A stretch of 64,000 bases of DNA from the NCBI GenBank assembly GCA_039630055.1, contig JBCNVN010000001.1:1-64000 (forward strand). The letters run 5' to 3'. The notes below the pieces were generated by a model. It was given only the letters and a program-made list of their open reading frames with translations. It had not been told where the DNA came from and ran no database searches. The DNA comes from Candidatus Caldarchaeales archaeon (GTDB lineage: Archaea > Thermoproteota > Nitrososphaeria_A > Caldarchaeales > Wolframiiraptoraceae). Made by a program: the position numbers and the translations under genes. Position 1 is the stretch's first letter. Each line of letters begins with the position of its first letter. Shown here piece after piece: positions 19,252 through 28,530 of the stretch.

Positions 19252-20625
19252 ATGAGCCACCCATATATCGGATTGACTCGAGAAGAAGTCACCTCTATGC
19301 TTTTAGAGATGGGTTTAAAGAGTATTGATGAACTCTATATGGATATACCTTCCAGATTCTTTATCAAGAACGCTCTACAATACTCTAAACCTTTGAGTGA
19401 AGAAGAAGTTAGACGCCATCTGAAAATTATAACCTCCAAGAATAAGACGGCCAGCCAGTTTAAATTATTTATTGGCGGTGGATTATGGCCCCATATAATA
19501 CCTTCAGCTGTTAAAGAGGTGGTTAGGAGGAGCGAGTTCTTAACATCTTATACTCCTTACCAGCCTGAGGTTTCACAAGGGATGCTTCAAGCATTATTCG
19601 AGTATCAAAGCCTTATGGCGGAGCTTCTAGACGTTGAGGTCGTTAATTCATCTATGTATGATTGGGCTACAGCCCTCGGAGAAGCATTTAGAATGGCTTC
19701 TAGAGTAACTAAACGTAACAAGATACTCTATCCTCGATACATCTCTCCTGAGAGATTGAAGGTTGCAGAGACCTATTCTAAACCATCCAACATTAGACTG
19801 GTAGAATATCTACAGAATAGAGTTGATGGGTTAGCTGATCTCGAAGACTTGAAGAATAAGATAAGAGATGATACTGCAGCTGTCTACATAGAGTATCCAT
19901 CCTATCTTGGTTTTATTCCAACCAATATTCGGGAGATTGGAGAGACAGCACACGACCACAACGCATTATTCATAATAGGCGTAGACCCTATTGCTTTAGG
20001 AATATTTGAGTCTCCTGGAAAGCTTGGAGCAGATATTGTAGTAGGGGAGGGTCAACCGCTTGGGATGCCGCTGAATTTCGGTGGACCTCTCTTAGGAGTA
20101 ATGGGATGTAGGATGGATAGAGAGCTTATACATAATCTTCCAGGCAGACTTATCGGAATGACTCTCACGGTTAAAGGAGAGAGAGCTTATACCATGATCT
20201 TACAAGCTAGAGAACAGCATATTAAGAGAGAGAAGGCTACGAGCAATATCTGTACAAATCAAGCTCTATGCGCTGTCACCGCCGCTGTCTATCTAGCCTT
20301 ATTGGGAAAGAAAGGTATCAAAGAGTTGGGAGAACAGATTCTAGCTAGAACAAAGTATATGATAAATAAGCTATCAAGGATCGGCAAAGTAGAGGTGCCA
20401 CTATTCAAAAATATACACTTTAAAGAGTTTACATATAGGGTTCACGGTGTAAAGTCTGGAGAAATCTTGAAGAACCTGTTAGAGAAGAAGATCTTTGGAG
20501 GTATCGATATTGGCGGAATGTTTAATGGATTAGATGACGGTATCTTGACATGTGTTACTGAAGTACACTCAAGAGAAGACTTAGACTATTATGTGAGCTC
20601 TCTCAGAGAGGTGGTAGAGAGATGA
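19252..20625 (+). CDS. gcvPA: Glycine dehydrogenase subunit 1
   Basis: SYTPYQPEVSQG, FGGP, REQHIKREKATSNICTNQAL. Confidence 0.96.
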   Translation: MSHPYIGLTREEVTSMLLEMGLKSIDELYMDIPSRFFIKNALQYSKPLSEEEVRRHLKIITSKNKTASQFKLFIGGGLWPHIIPSAVKEVVRRSEFLTSYTPYQPEVSQGMLQALFEYQSLMAELLDVEVVNSSMYDWATALGEAFRMASRVTKRNKILYPRYISPERLKVAETYSKPSNIRLVEYLQNRVDGLADLEDLKNKIRDDTAAVYIEYPSYLGFIPTNIREIGETAHDHNALFIIGVDPIALGIFESPGKLGADIVVGEGQPLGMPLNFGGPLLGVMGCRMDRELIHNLPGRLIGMTLTVKGERAYTMILQAREQHIKREKATSNICTNQALCAVTAAVYLALLGKKGIKELGEQILARTKYMINKLSRIGKVEVPLFKNIHFKEFTYRVHGVKSGEILKNLLEKKIFGGIDIGGMFNGLDDGILTCVTEVHSREDLDYYVSSLREVVER

Positions 20626-22151
20626 GCTTTAGACAGGCCAGATGGTCTGAACCTACTATATTCGAGTTATCTAGAGATGGAGCTGTCGGCGTAGACTTCA
20701 CAGATCTAGATGGAGAATTGAAAGAGGCATTGGTTGAGGCCTTAGATGACCTGCCTGAGGGTTTGAGGAGAAGAGAGCTGAATCTTCCAGAGCTCTCTGA
20801 ATTGGATGTTATAAGACACTTTACTAGGCTTAGCCAGATGAACTATGGAGTAAACTCTGGAATTTATCCACTTGGAAGCTGCACTATGAAGTATAATCCA
20901 GCGATAAATGAAGAGATAACAAGCTTTACGGGAATATTCGATGTCCACCCACTACAGCCTGAAGAGACGGTTCAAGGATGCTTAGAGATAATGTGGAGGC
21001 TTGAGCAGATCCTCAAAGAGATTACTGGTATGCATAGGTTCAGTCTCCAGCCTGCTGCCGGGGCTCATGGAGAATTCTTAGGATGTCTAATTATAAGGGC
21101 ATACCATAAGGATAAGGGATTGGAAGAAAAGAATGTTATGATCGTTCCAGATTCTGCTCATGGGACCAATCCGGCTAGCGCGGCCATGGCTGGATACGAT
21201 GTAAAAGTGGTCAAGAGCGATGAGGATGGATGTGTAAGTATAAGCGATCTAAAAAAGATAGTCGACTATAGAGTAGCAGGGATAATGTTGACGAATCCAA
21301 ACACGCTAGGCATATTCGAGAAGAATATTGAAGAGATCGTCGATATAATTCATGGAGTCGATGGATTACTCTACTATGATGGAGCAAATCTAAATGCTCT
21401 ACTCGGCAAGGTTAGACCAGGTGACATGGGGTTCGACATAGTCCATCTAAATCTTCATAAAACCTTCTCGACACCTCATGGAGGAGGAGGCCCCGGATCC
21501 GGACCAGTGGGAGTAGTTGATAAGCTCGTCGACTATCTTCCATCTCCTCTAGTAAATTACGATGAATCGAGAAAGATCTTCTATCTAGATTATGATAGAC
21601 CTAAGAGTATTGGGAAGATCAAGATGTTCTATGGTAATTTCACTGTTCTAGTCAAAGCCTATGGATATTTGTTAAGAATGGGTAGCGATGGGTTGAAGAG
21701 GGTGGCTGAGTCAAGCGTCTTATCTTCAAACTATCTACTCCACAAGGTTAGGAAGTTGAGGGGGGTGACTCTACCATATGCTCCACAATCTTATAGAAAG
21801 CATGAATTCGTGGTGAGTCTATCTAGGCTATTCAAGGAGACCGGTGTATCTGCGAGGGATGTAGCTAAGAGGCTTCTAGACTATGGGTTCCATGCCCCAA
21901 CGATATACTTTCCACTGATTGTTGATGAGGCATTTATGGTGGAGCCTACAGAGTCGGAGTCGAAAAGAGAGATAGATGCTTTTTATAATGCTCTATCAAA
22001 TGTCATTAATGAGGCTTATCAGAATCCAGAATTGGTTAAGACTTCACCCCACAATACCTCTGTAGCGAGAGTAGATGAAGTAAGAGCTTCTCATCCTAAG
22101 ACGATGATCCCATCATGGAGAGTATATACTATGAGGAGTGAGAGACTGTGA
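20622..22151 (+). CDS. gcvPB: Glycine dehydrogenase subunit 2
   Basis: PLGSCTMKYNP, AHGTNPASA, HLNLHKTFSTPHGGGGPG (PLP lysine). Confidence 0.96.
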   Translation: MSFRQARWSEPTIFELSRDGAVGVDFTDLDGELKEALVEALDDLPEGLRRRELNLPELSELDVIRHFTRLSQMNYGVNSGIYPLGSCTMKYNPAINEEITSFTGIFDVHPLQPEETVQGCLEIMWRLEQILKEITGMHRFSLQPAAGAHGEFLGCLIIRAYHKDKGLEEKNVMIVPDSAHGTNPASAAMAGYDVKVVKSDEDGCVSISDLKKIVDYRVAGIMLTNPNTLGIFEKNIEEIVDIIHGVDGLLYYDGANLNALLGKVRPGDMGFDIVHLNLHKTFSTPHGGGGPGSGPVGVVDKLVDYLPSPLVNYDESRKIFYLDYDRPKSIGKIKMFYGNFTVLVKAYGYLLRMGSDGLKRVAESSVLSSNYLLHKVRKLRGVTLPYAPQSYRKHEFVVSLSRLFKETGVSARDVAKRLLDYGFHAPTIYFPLIVDEAFMVEPTESESKREIDAFYNALSNVINEAYQNPELVKTSPHNTSVARVDEVRASHPKTMIPSWRVYTMRSERL

Positions 22152-23257
22152 GAAAGATACCGCTTCTATCGTATTATTCTGAGATCGGTGCAGAGATAGG
22201 AGAGTTTGCAGGATGGATGACACCTCTCTGGTTCACTAATAATAGAGAAGAACATCTAGCTGTTAGAGATAGTGTGGGCATATTCGATATTACCCATATG
22301 ACGAGGATCGCTGTGAAGGGGAGAGATTCAGAGAAACTATTACAGGAGGTCTTAACCATAGATGTTGAGAAGCTTAAGCCGGGGAAGATGAAATACTGTT
22401 TAATATGTAATGAGAAAGGTGGGATAATAGATGATTTAACAGTCTTTAGACATCCCTCTGATAGAGGATTATTCGTAATAGTATGTAATGCGATTACCCA
22501 TGATAAAGTTTTAGGGAAACTATATGAAATATCCCAAAAAACTGATGTAGAGATAATGGATTTAACATTTGAGACCAGTCTATATGCTGTGCAGGGGCCG
22601 AGATCTGTAGAGCTAATGTCAAAGTTCAGTGGGATAGATTTGGGTAAGCTTAAATGGTTTACCGGGGTTGATTGCAAGATAGATGATACTGATGCGTTAA
22701 TCACTCGAAGTGGATATACTGGAGAAGATGGTTACGAGCTTATGCTTTGGAGCTGGGATATAGATATGTTGAAGAAGATATGGAGTAATATAGTCAAGCT
22801 TGGATCCACCCCATGTGGGTTAGCTGCAAGAGATAGTCTTAGACTTGAAGCAGGATATCCACTATACGGGCAAGATATAGATGAGAATATAAACCCTGTA
22901 GAGGCTAGGTTAACATTTGCAGTTGACCTATCTAAGAGATCTTTCATTGGGAGAGATACTGTGGAAAGAGCTATGAAAGAATCAAAGCCTAGAAGAGTCT
23001 TGATAGGTTTCAAAACTATTGAGAGAAGTATTCCTAGAAGAGGCTACCGTATACTAAGTAGGGATTATCATGTTGTTGGAGAAACGACTAGTGGAGGGTT
23101 TTCATTCATCTTAGGCATCGGGATAGGTCTCGGATACATTGATCCACTATACGCTAATGAAGATGAAAGATTGAAACTTGAAGTTAAGAATAAGTACAAA
23201 GAAATAGAAGTAACATTGAGACCGATAATACCTCATAGGATGAAGCAACTTCACTAA
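22148..23257 (+). CDS. gcvT: Glycine cleavage aminomethyltransferase T
   Basis: FDITHM, GGIIDD, RSGYTGEDGYE, RDSLRLEAG. Confidence 0.95.
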   Translation: MRKIPLLSYYSEIGAEIGEFAGWMTPLWFTNNREEHLAVRDSVGIFDITHMTRIAVKGRDSEKLLQEVLTIDVEKLKPGKMKYCLICNEKGGIIDDLTVFRHPSDRGLFVIVCNAITHDKVLGKLYEISQKTDVEIMDLTFETSLYAVQGPRSVELMSKFSGIDLGKLKWFTGVDCKIDDTDALITRSGYTGEDGYELMLWSWDIDMLKKIWSNIVKLGSTPCGLAARDSLRLEAGYPLYGQDIDENINPVEARLTFAVDLSKRSFIGRDTVERAMKESKPRRVLIGFKTIERSIPRRGYRILSRDYHVVGETTSGGFSFILGIGIGLGYIDPLYANEDERLKLEVKNKYKEIEVTLRPIIPHRMKQLH

Positions 23258-23327
23258 TCCTAGGTCTCTGAAAATCTTACAGAAAACTACATATAGACCA
23301 TTCTGAAGATTCATTTTAAGAACTGGT

Positions 23328-24254
23328 ATGAGGTCCCATATTGAAACGTCTAAACTTAGAGTTCTCTTCCTCGCTACACGTCCATGGTCATTTCAGCTGA
23401 CCATCATATCTACTACTCTTGGGCTAGTGTTAGCAACCTATACTCAATCATATAACCTACTACTATTCCCACTGGTCTTGGTTGGGCTCCTCTCAGCACA
23501 TGCCGCAGCCAACTTAGTCAATGATCTATATGATGTTAAGTATGGGGTTGATAAACCATCATCTCCAACTGCAAAGTATAGGAGACATTATCTATTGACA
23601 GGTGAAATCAGTAGAAAAACGTTCATATTAGAGACATTGCTATCATATGGGTTAATGATCTCGATAGCTGCATATCTTACTTTTATTAGAGGATGGATAG
23701 TTCTACTCTTTACCGTTGCAGGGGTATTCATCACATATGCTTATACAGCTGACCCAATAAAGCTTAAGCATCTTTCTATGGGAGAGATAGCTGTATTCTT
23801 AGCATGGGGTCCATTGATGGTTACGGGAACCTATTATGTATTAACAGGTGAACTCAGCTTGACACCAATATATGCATCTATCCCGATAGGATTATTCGTT
23901 TCTTTGGTTTTATTCGCAAACAATATTAGAGATATGGATTACGACAGATCTGCAGGGGTAAAGACTCTAGCCGTAATCCTTGGGAATAGAAGGTCTCTAG
24001 AATTCTATAAATATACAATAATTGTAATATATTTATCGGTTGTATTGCTCACAGCTTTGAGAGTATTATCTATCTTCACACTACTCACATACTTGACAAT
24101 TCCAAGAGCAGTAAGGCTTGTTAAGACATTCTATGAAAAGGTTCCTGATGCAGCTGATCCTATGACCGCCCAATTAGCTTTCAACTTTGGATTGTTACTG
24201 ATTATAGGAGAAGGAGTAGATCAGATAATAGGGGCTTTTATAGATCTATTCTGA
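23328..24254 (+). CDS. menA: MenA/UbiA-family prenyltransferase (DHNA polyprenyltransferase-like)
   Basis: ATRPWS, NLVNDLYD, GEIAVF, NNIRDMDYDRSAGVKTL. Confidence 0.85.
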   Translation: MRSHIETSKLRVLFLATRPWSFQLTIISTTLGLVLATYTQSYNLLLFPLVLVGLLSAHAAANLVNDLYDVKYGVDKPSSPTAKYRRHYLLTGEISRKTFILETLLSYGLMISIAAYLTFIRGWIVLLFTVAGVFITYAYTADPIKLKHLSMGEIAVFLAWGPLMVTGTYYVLTGELSLTPIYASIPIGLFVSLVLFANNIRDMDYDRSAGVKTLAVILGNRRSLEFYKYTIIVIYLSVVLLTALRVLSIFTLLTYLTIPRAVRLVKTFYEKVPDAADPMTAQLAFNFGLLLIIGEGVDQIIGAFIDLF

Positions 24255-24333
24255 CTTTCCAATTTAAACATCTTAGCTACCTCTATATTTTATGTTGTGT
24301 TAGATTTAAAAGGTGCGTTGATCAATTATCTAC

Positions 24334-24456
24334 ATGATCCCATCTACAATCTTTCCATCAGATATTGAGATGCTGATTAGAGAAGTCCAGATGTTGAAAG
24401 CAGAGGTCGCTAAGATAAAAGAAGCCTTGAAGAAGCATGGAATCGAGATTGATTAG
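24334..24456 (+). CDS. Small coiled-coil-like peptide (40 aa), missing from the ORF track
   Basis: MIPSTIFPSDIEMLIREVQMLKAEVAKIKEALKKHGIEID*; heptad pattern and purine-rich coding-like composition. Confidence 0.6.
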   Translation: MIPSTIFPSDIEMLIREVQMLKAEVAKIKEALKKHGIEID

Positions 24457-24498
24457 TTAAGATAAGGTTAATATTTCCAAATACCTATTGACCATAGT

Positions 24499-24795
24499 AT
24501 GACTAAGGTTAAGGTTAGATATCTTGCATTCTTGAGAGAAGAGACGAAGAAGGTTGAAGAAGAAATAGTGCTTCCAGACAACTCAAATATCAACGACTAC
24601 ATTAAAGAACTCCTTAGAAGATATAGTGGATTAAAGAGATATCTTCTTAATTCTGAAGGTGGTCTTAGAGATGGAATAAATGTAGCAGTAAATGGAGATG
24701 TTATCCGTAGGAGTGACTATGATAAGACCATTCTTAAAGATGAGGATGAAGTTGTTGTTATACCTCCAATAGCTGGTGGATCCTCATTCTTCTAA
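24499..24795 (+). CDS. moaD: MoaD/SAMP ubiquitin-like sulfur carrier with SSFF extension after GG
   Basis: VKVRYLAFLRE, VAVNG, LKDEDEVVVIPPIAGG. Confidence 0.88.
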   Translation: MTKVKVRYLAFLREETKKVEEEIVLPDNSNINDYIKELLRRYSGLKRYLLNSEGGLRDGINVAVNGDVIRRSDYDKTILKDEDEVVVIPPIAGGSSFF

Positions 24796-25239
24796 CCAGC
24801 TATAGCTTCCATCTATGTAGACTTCTTTCTTAAAGAGTGGAGGCTCTTTCTTATATCTATCAACCAGCTCGGTTAACGCTTTGAAGGTTTCTTCTCTACC
24901 TCTTCCAGCGGCAACCACTACAACTAGTGGCTCACCAACCTCGAATCTACCTATAAGATGCCATATCCCTGCATAAGCTAGAGAGTATTTCTCTCTTACA
25001 TCTAGACAGATCCTCTCGATTATCCTATCTGCATATTCTTTATATGCTTCTATCTCTAGATGGGAGACATTTACACCTTTTCTACTTAAACTCTTAACTC
25101 TTCCAATGAAGATAACAGTGGCACCGGCTTCTCCCTCGAACCCTACATCTAAGATCTCTTGAAAGAGGTCGTTTAAGTTGAGCTTATCTTTCTCATAGAC
25201 TCCTACCTTATACTTGAATCCTCTAACCACCATGTCCAA
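24784..25239 (-). CDS. moaE: Molybdopterin synthase catalytic subunit
   Basis: GATVIFIGRV, LEIEAY, HLIGRFEVGE, PLFKKE. Confidence 0.9.
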   Translation of the reverse strand: MDMVVRGFKYKVGVYEKDKLNLNDLFQEILDVGFEGEAGATVIFIGRVKSLSRKGVNVSHLEIEAYKEYADRIIERICLDVREKYSLAYAGIWHLIGRFEVGEPLVVVVAAGRGREETFKALTELVDRYKKEPPLFKKEVYIDGSYSWLEE

Positions 25240-25380
25240 TATATGGATATATATAGTGATTCGTAAACGTTATGGTTAAACGCCATTCTTTTGTCAATTT
25301 CTATGAATCCATATACTGTGAAGCCTACGTAAATAGTAAGATTATATGTGATGAATTGATGACGTCATCTCTCGGTAGGT

Positions 25381-26289
25381 CTAAAGTACTTTTATCATAT
25401 TAAAGATCTCGGTAGCTCTCTCATTGAGCTTATTTCTAAAATCTTTCGATAGCATAGATCTGATGCCATAATCTTCTAGAGCAATCGATGTTGCTGAAGC
25501 TCCCACTGAAGATGCCCAAGCGAGATCTCCGCTTCTCGATAATTCTACTAGAAAAGCGCTTCCTAGAACATCTCCCGCCCCCGTTGGATCAACTATCTTA
25601 ACCTTTGGATAAGGTGGAATGAAATACTTCTTCTCTTTATTCATCGCTATAAACCCCTTCGAACCCATGCTTAGTATGATGTTCTCTATACCAATCTTCA
25701 GTAGTCTTTCACCCGCCTTTACCGGATCAGCCAAGCCTGTCATTATCTCTGCTTCTTCTTGGGAAAGTCTTAAAATCCATAAATCCTTCAAAATTTTTAT
25801 ATCTAATTTTTTCTCCAGTCTAATCTTTCCAGATTTATCTACCGTTCTCAGCATCCCCTGAGGATCTAGAGCTGTCTTAAACCTTCTACTAAAATTTACA
25901 ATATCATCTTCAGTTATCTCTCCAGCGACTGGGCCAAGATATATTGTATCCAAGCCCTCCACCTCTTTAATTATTATCTTTGGAGCCTTCTGTATTAAGT
26001 ACATCTCTCTAGCATCATCTCTATATCTTATTCTATATCTAGTTGTTCTGCATCTATTATTCTTGACCACTCTACTAATATCTACTCCAATCTTTGAAAG
26101 TTCTTCCAAGTACTCATCTGGATAGTCTCCGCCAACAATAGAGTAGATCTTTGTAGAGGAACCTAAGATGCGGGATGTTATAGAAGAGTAGAATGAGGTG
26201 CCTCCTGGAGCGGTTTTCATACTTCCATCAACGAACTCTATCTCATCTATTGTTAGATGTCCAAATATCGAGATCTCCAACACGTTCAT
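25381..26289 (-). CDS. PfkB-family carbohydrate/nucleoside kinase
   Basis: GHLTID, PGGT, DPQG, DPTGAGD. Confidence 0.9.
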   Translation of the reverse strand: MNVLEISIFGHLTIDEIEFVDGSMKTAPGGTSFYSSITSRILGSSTKIYSIVGGDYPDEYLEELSKIGVDISRVVKNNRCRTTRYRIRYRDDAREMYLIQKAPKIIIKEVEGLDTIYLGPVAGEITEDDIVNFSRRFKTALDPQGMLRTVDKSGKIRLEKKLDIKILKDLWILRLSQEEAEIMTGLADPVKAGERLLKIGIENIILSMGSKGFIAMNKEKKYFIPPYPKVKIVDPTGAGDVLGSAFLVELSRSGDLAWASSVGASATSIALEDYGIRSMLSKDFRNKLNERATEIFNMIKVL

Positions 26290-26345
26290 CTCTTAAACTA
26301 AGATTGTCATAAAGATTGTTACTTTTTATTCTAGATTCTTCAAGA

Positions 26346-26906
26346 TCATCCTCTTCTAAATGTTATTCCCTCTAGAATTCCTACTCCTATATGTATTCTA
26401 TCTATATGTTTTGATAATTCTTCATGAGTCTTGAATATTGATCCACAGTAAGGACATTTCAATCCTTCAGGTATCTCTAGGTCTGGGAGAGTTATAGATC
26501 TCTCCACGATATTTCCAACTACTGCTCTTAAGATCAATACTCCTAAAATTGTATCTGATTTTACTATTGGCAGTCTACGAATATCTTCTTCTAACATTAA
26601 TTTGATCGCTTCACCTATCTTAGTCTCTGGATCTACAGCTATCAATGGTCTAGATACTAAGTCTCTTAACTTTACTTTCTTAGGGTCTCTTCCTTCTGCA
26701 ACTACTTTGTAAACTATATCTTTTAATGTAAGTATTCCTAAAGGCTTCCTCTCTTCTGTGATAATTATAGATTCATGCTTCTTCTCTTTCATTATCTGCG
26801 CAGCATCATAAACGCTGCTGCCTGATTCAAGTACAAGATAGTCTTTTATAATATAATTTATAACAGGCTGATCTAGAATCTCCTTACCGATTAACTTCTT
26901 AGACAT
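26346..26906 (-). CDS. CBS-pair protein with C-terminal C2H2 zinc finger
   Basis: GILTLKDI, IRRLPIV, CPYCGSIFKTHEELSKHIDRIH. Confidence 0.88.
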   Translation of the reverse strand: MSKKLIGKEILDQPVINYIIKDYLVLESGSSVYDAAQIMKEKKHESIIITEERKPLGILTLKDIVYKVVAEGRDPKKVKLRDLVSRPLIAVDPETKIGEAIKLMLEEDIRRLPIVKSDTILGVLILRAVVGNIVERSITLPDLEIPEGLKCPYCGSIFKTHEELSKHIDRIHIGVGILEGITFRRG

Positions 26907-26986
26907 CTAAAACTATTTTAAAATTCTACAATATATGTTTAAGAGGGGGGTCCGTTAGCTTATCAAGAAATGGGTAGATTTTTAAG

Positions 26987-27418
26987 TTATTCTTTATCCC
27001 TTGATGCCGGTAGGCTTACGGTACCCTGAGAGGCCTTATAATAGGTGTACCGTCTAGGCGTACCCTCTCTTACCAAAGTCCTCTCTCTTACAAGATCTAG
27101 TAGAGAGTGTGAAACCGCTGTAGAATCATAATTATATCCTCTCCTGGCCAATTCTTGAACAGTCTCAGATAGAGTCCTAGGCTTATCGAACCATCCTTCA
27201 TCTATCAAGTTCTTGAGCAATATTGAGCATGTTGGGAGACTTCTAGTTCTCTCCTCTTTAATGGATGGCTTCTCCTCTATTTTAAGTTGGGGTAGAGAAG
27301 ATCTTAAAGCCGATATTATATTTATTAAGGCTTCTTCTAATTTGTCAGGTGTAGCTTCTATTCTAACCGTAGCAGGTCCTAATGTTACCTCTACTTTAAC
27401 TTTTTCTTGATTGCTCAT
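26987..27418 (-). CDS. Putative winged-helix DNA-binding protein
   Basis: C-terminal LIDEGWFDKPRTLSETVQEL...LVRERTLVREG wHTH-like pattern; divergent from nurA. Confidence 0.7.
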   Translation of the reverse strand: MSNQEKVKVEVTLGPATVRIEATPDKLEEALINIISALRSSLPQLKIEEKPSIKEERTRSLPTCSILLKNLIDEGWFDKPRTLSETVQELARRGYNYDSTAVSHSLLDLVRERTLVREGTPRRYTYYKASQGTVSLPASRDKE

Positions 27419-27489
27419 AATTCATCATGTCCAAGTTGAGCAACATTTATAAGCACATCGATCACAATTATATTGGAGGAATATAGGGC

Positions 27490-28527
27490 ATGGAACATCT
27501 TCAACACCATAATAATATGTATATGGAATTTTTTAAAGCTTTCTATGAGATAGGACGACAGACTCTAACCTCTATAGAGGGTCTGAGAATGTACGGTTAC
27601 CCTAGGGAGGATCTCGTTAGAGATTATCTAGATGAATTCCATATTAATTTTGGCTCAACTCTAGATGAATATTTCTTTGAAACTCAAGAAGTTAGGATTG
27701 GTAGAGAACCGAAGAAGGTTATCGCTGTAGATACTTCATCTATAAGAATAGCAGAATCTGCTAGAGGTGTTGTCGTATCTATCAAAGGGGCTGCAGTCCT
27801 TAGGGAGTTAGATGGATCTACAAAAGTAGAGTCTATAGGCCCATTCCTATTCTATATTACGAGAAGAAATATCGTGAAGATCTTAAAGGAGCATTCTGAA
27901 TTATTAAAGTCTAGAAGTGGTTACGATTTCTATCTTTATGCTCAAAAGATTTTGACAGAGCTCTTAGAGAGATGGCTCCAAGAATATGTCGTAGAAAAAT
28001 TCAGAGATTCGATAATATTATTTGACGGCTCTCTGACATCGAGCTCATCTAGTATTTCTCCAGATAGCATTGAAAAGATATTGAAGAAGGCTCTCGAGAA
28101 TGGGAGTGAGGTTCTAGCCTTTTCTAAAACTTGTTTCCTCCAAGTCTCTGGTGAGCCTCTCCAAATAATTCAGACCGAGAAGAAGCCACCATACATAATA
28201 GATCTAACTAGAGCCTTAGAATCCTATAATCTAGGTAGATTCAGATTATATGGGAGAACATATCTAGCACGTCTAGTAAAAGGGTCTCCAGGATATAGAG
28301 TAGATACATATCTTCAGAATGATGCTTCGACTGTTTTCGGCCTCCTACTTAGGAGCGACCCACTAGTATATGGATATCCAGAGACACTAATACTTGCCCA
28401 CGACTACTCAACCTTTACTAGGCTAGATACGATAACTCTTCAAATAATGTTGAAGAAGATGAAGGTGGAGCTACTCTATCCAGAATCTGTGAGAGAAATG
28501 TTATTCAACCCTCTAGATGGAGGCTAG
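27490..28527 (+). CDS. nurA: NurA-family nuclease
   Basis: IAVDTS, LFDGSL, FSKT, YGYPETLILAH motifs. Confidence 0.8.
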   Translation: MEHLQHHNNMYMEFFKAFYEIGRQTLTSIEGLRMYGYPREDLVRDYLDEFHINFGSTLDEYFFETQEVRIGREPKKVIAVDTSSIRIAESARGVVVSIKGAAVLRELDGSTKVESIGPFLFYITRRNIVKILKEHSELLKSRSGYDFYLYAQKILTELLERWLQEYVVEKFRDSIILFDGSLTSSSSSISPDSIEKILKKALENGSEVLAFSKTCFLQVSGEPLQIIQTEKKPPYIIDLTRALESYNLGRFRLYGRTYLARLVKGSPGYRVDTYLQNDASTVFGLLLRSDPLVYGYPETLILAHDYSTFTRLDTITLQIMLKKMKVELLYPESVREMLFNPLDGG

Positions 28528-28530
28528 AAT

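Noticed and set aside
20713-20724. GAGAATTGAAAG, identical to the 3' half of the CRISPR repeat
   Set aside because: Single 12-mer inside gcvPB coding sequence (GELKE); consistent with chance
25349-25380. GTGATGA as a C box of a C/D sRNA
   Set aside because: No D box (CTGA) at a suitable distance
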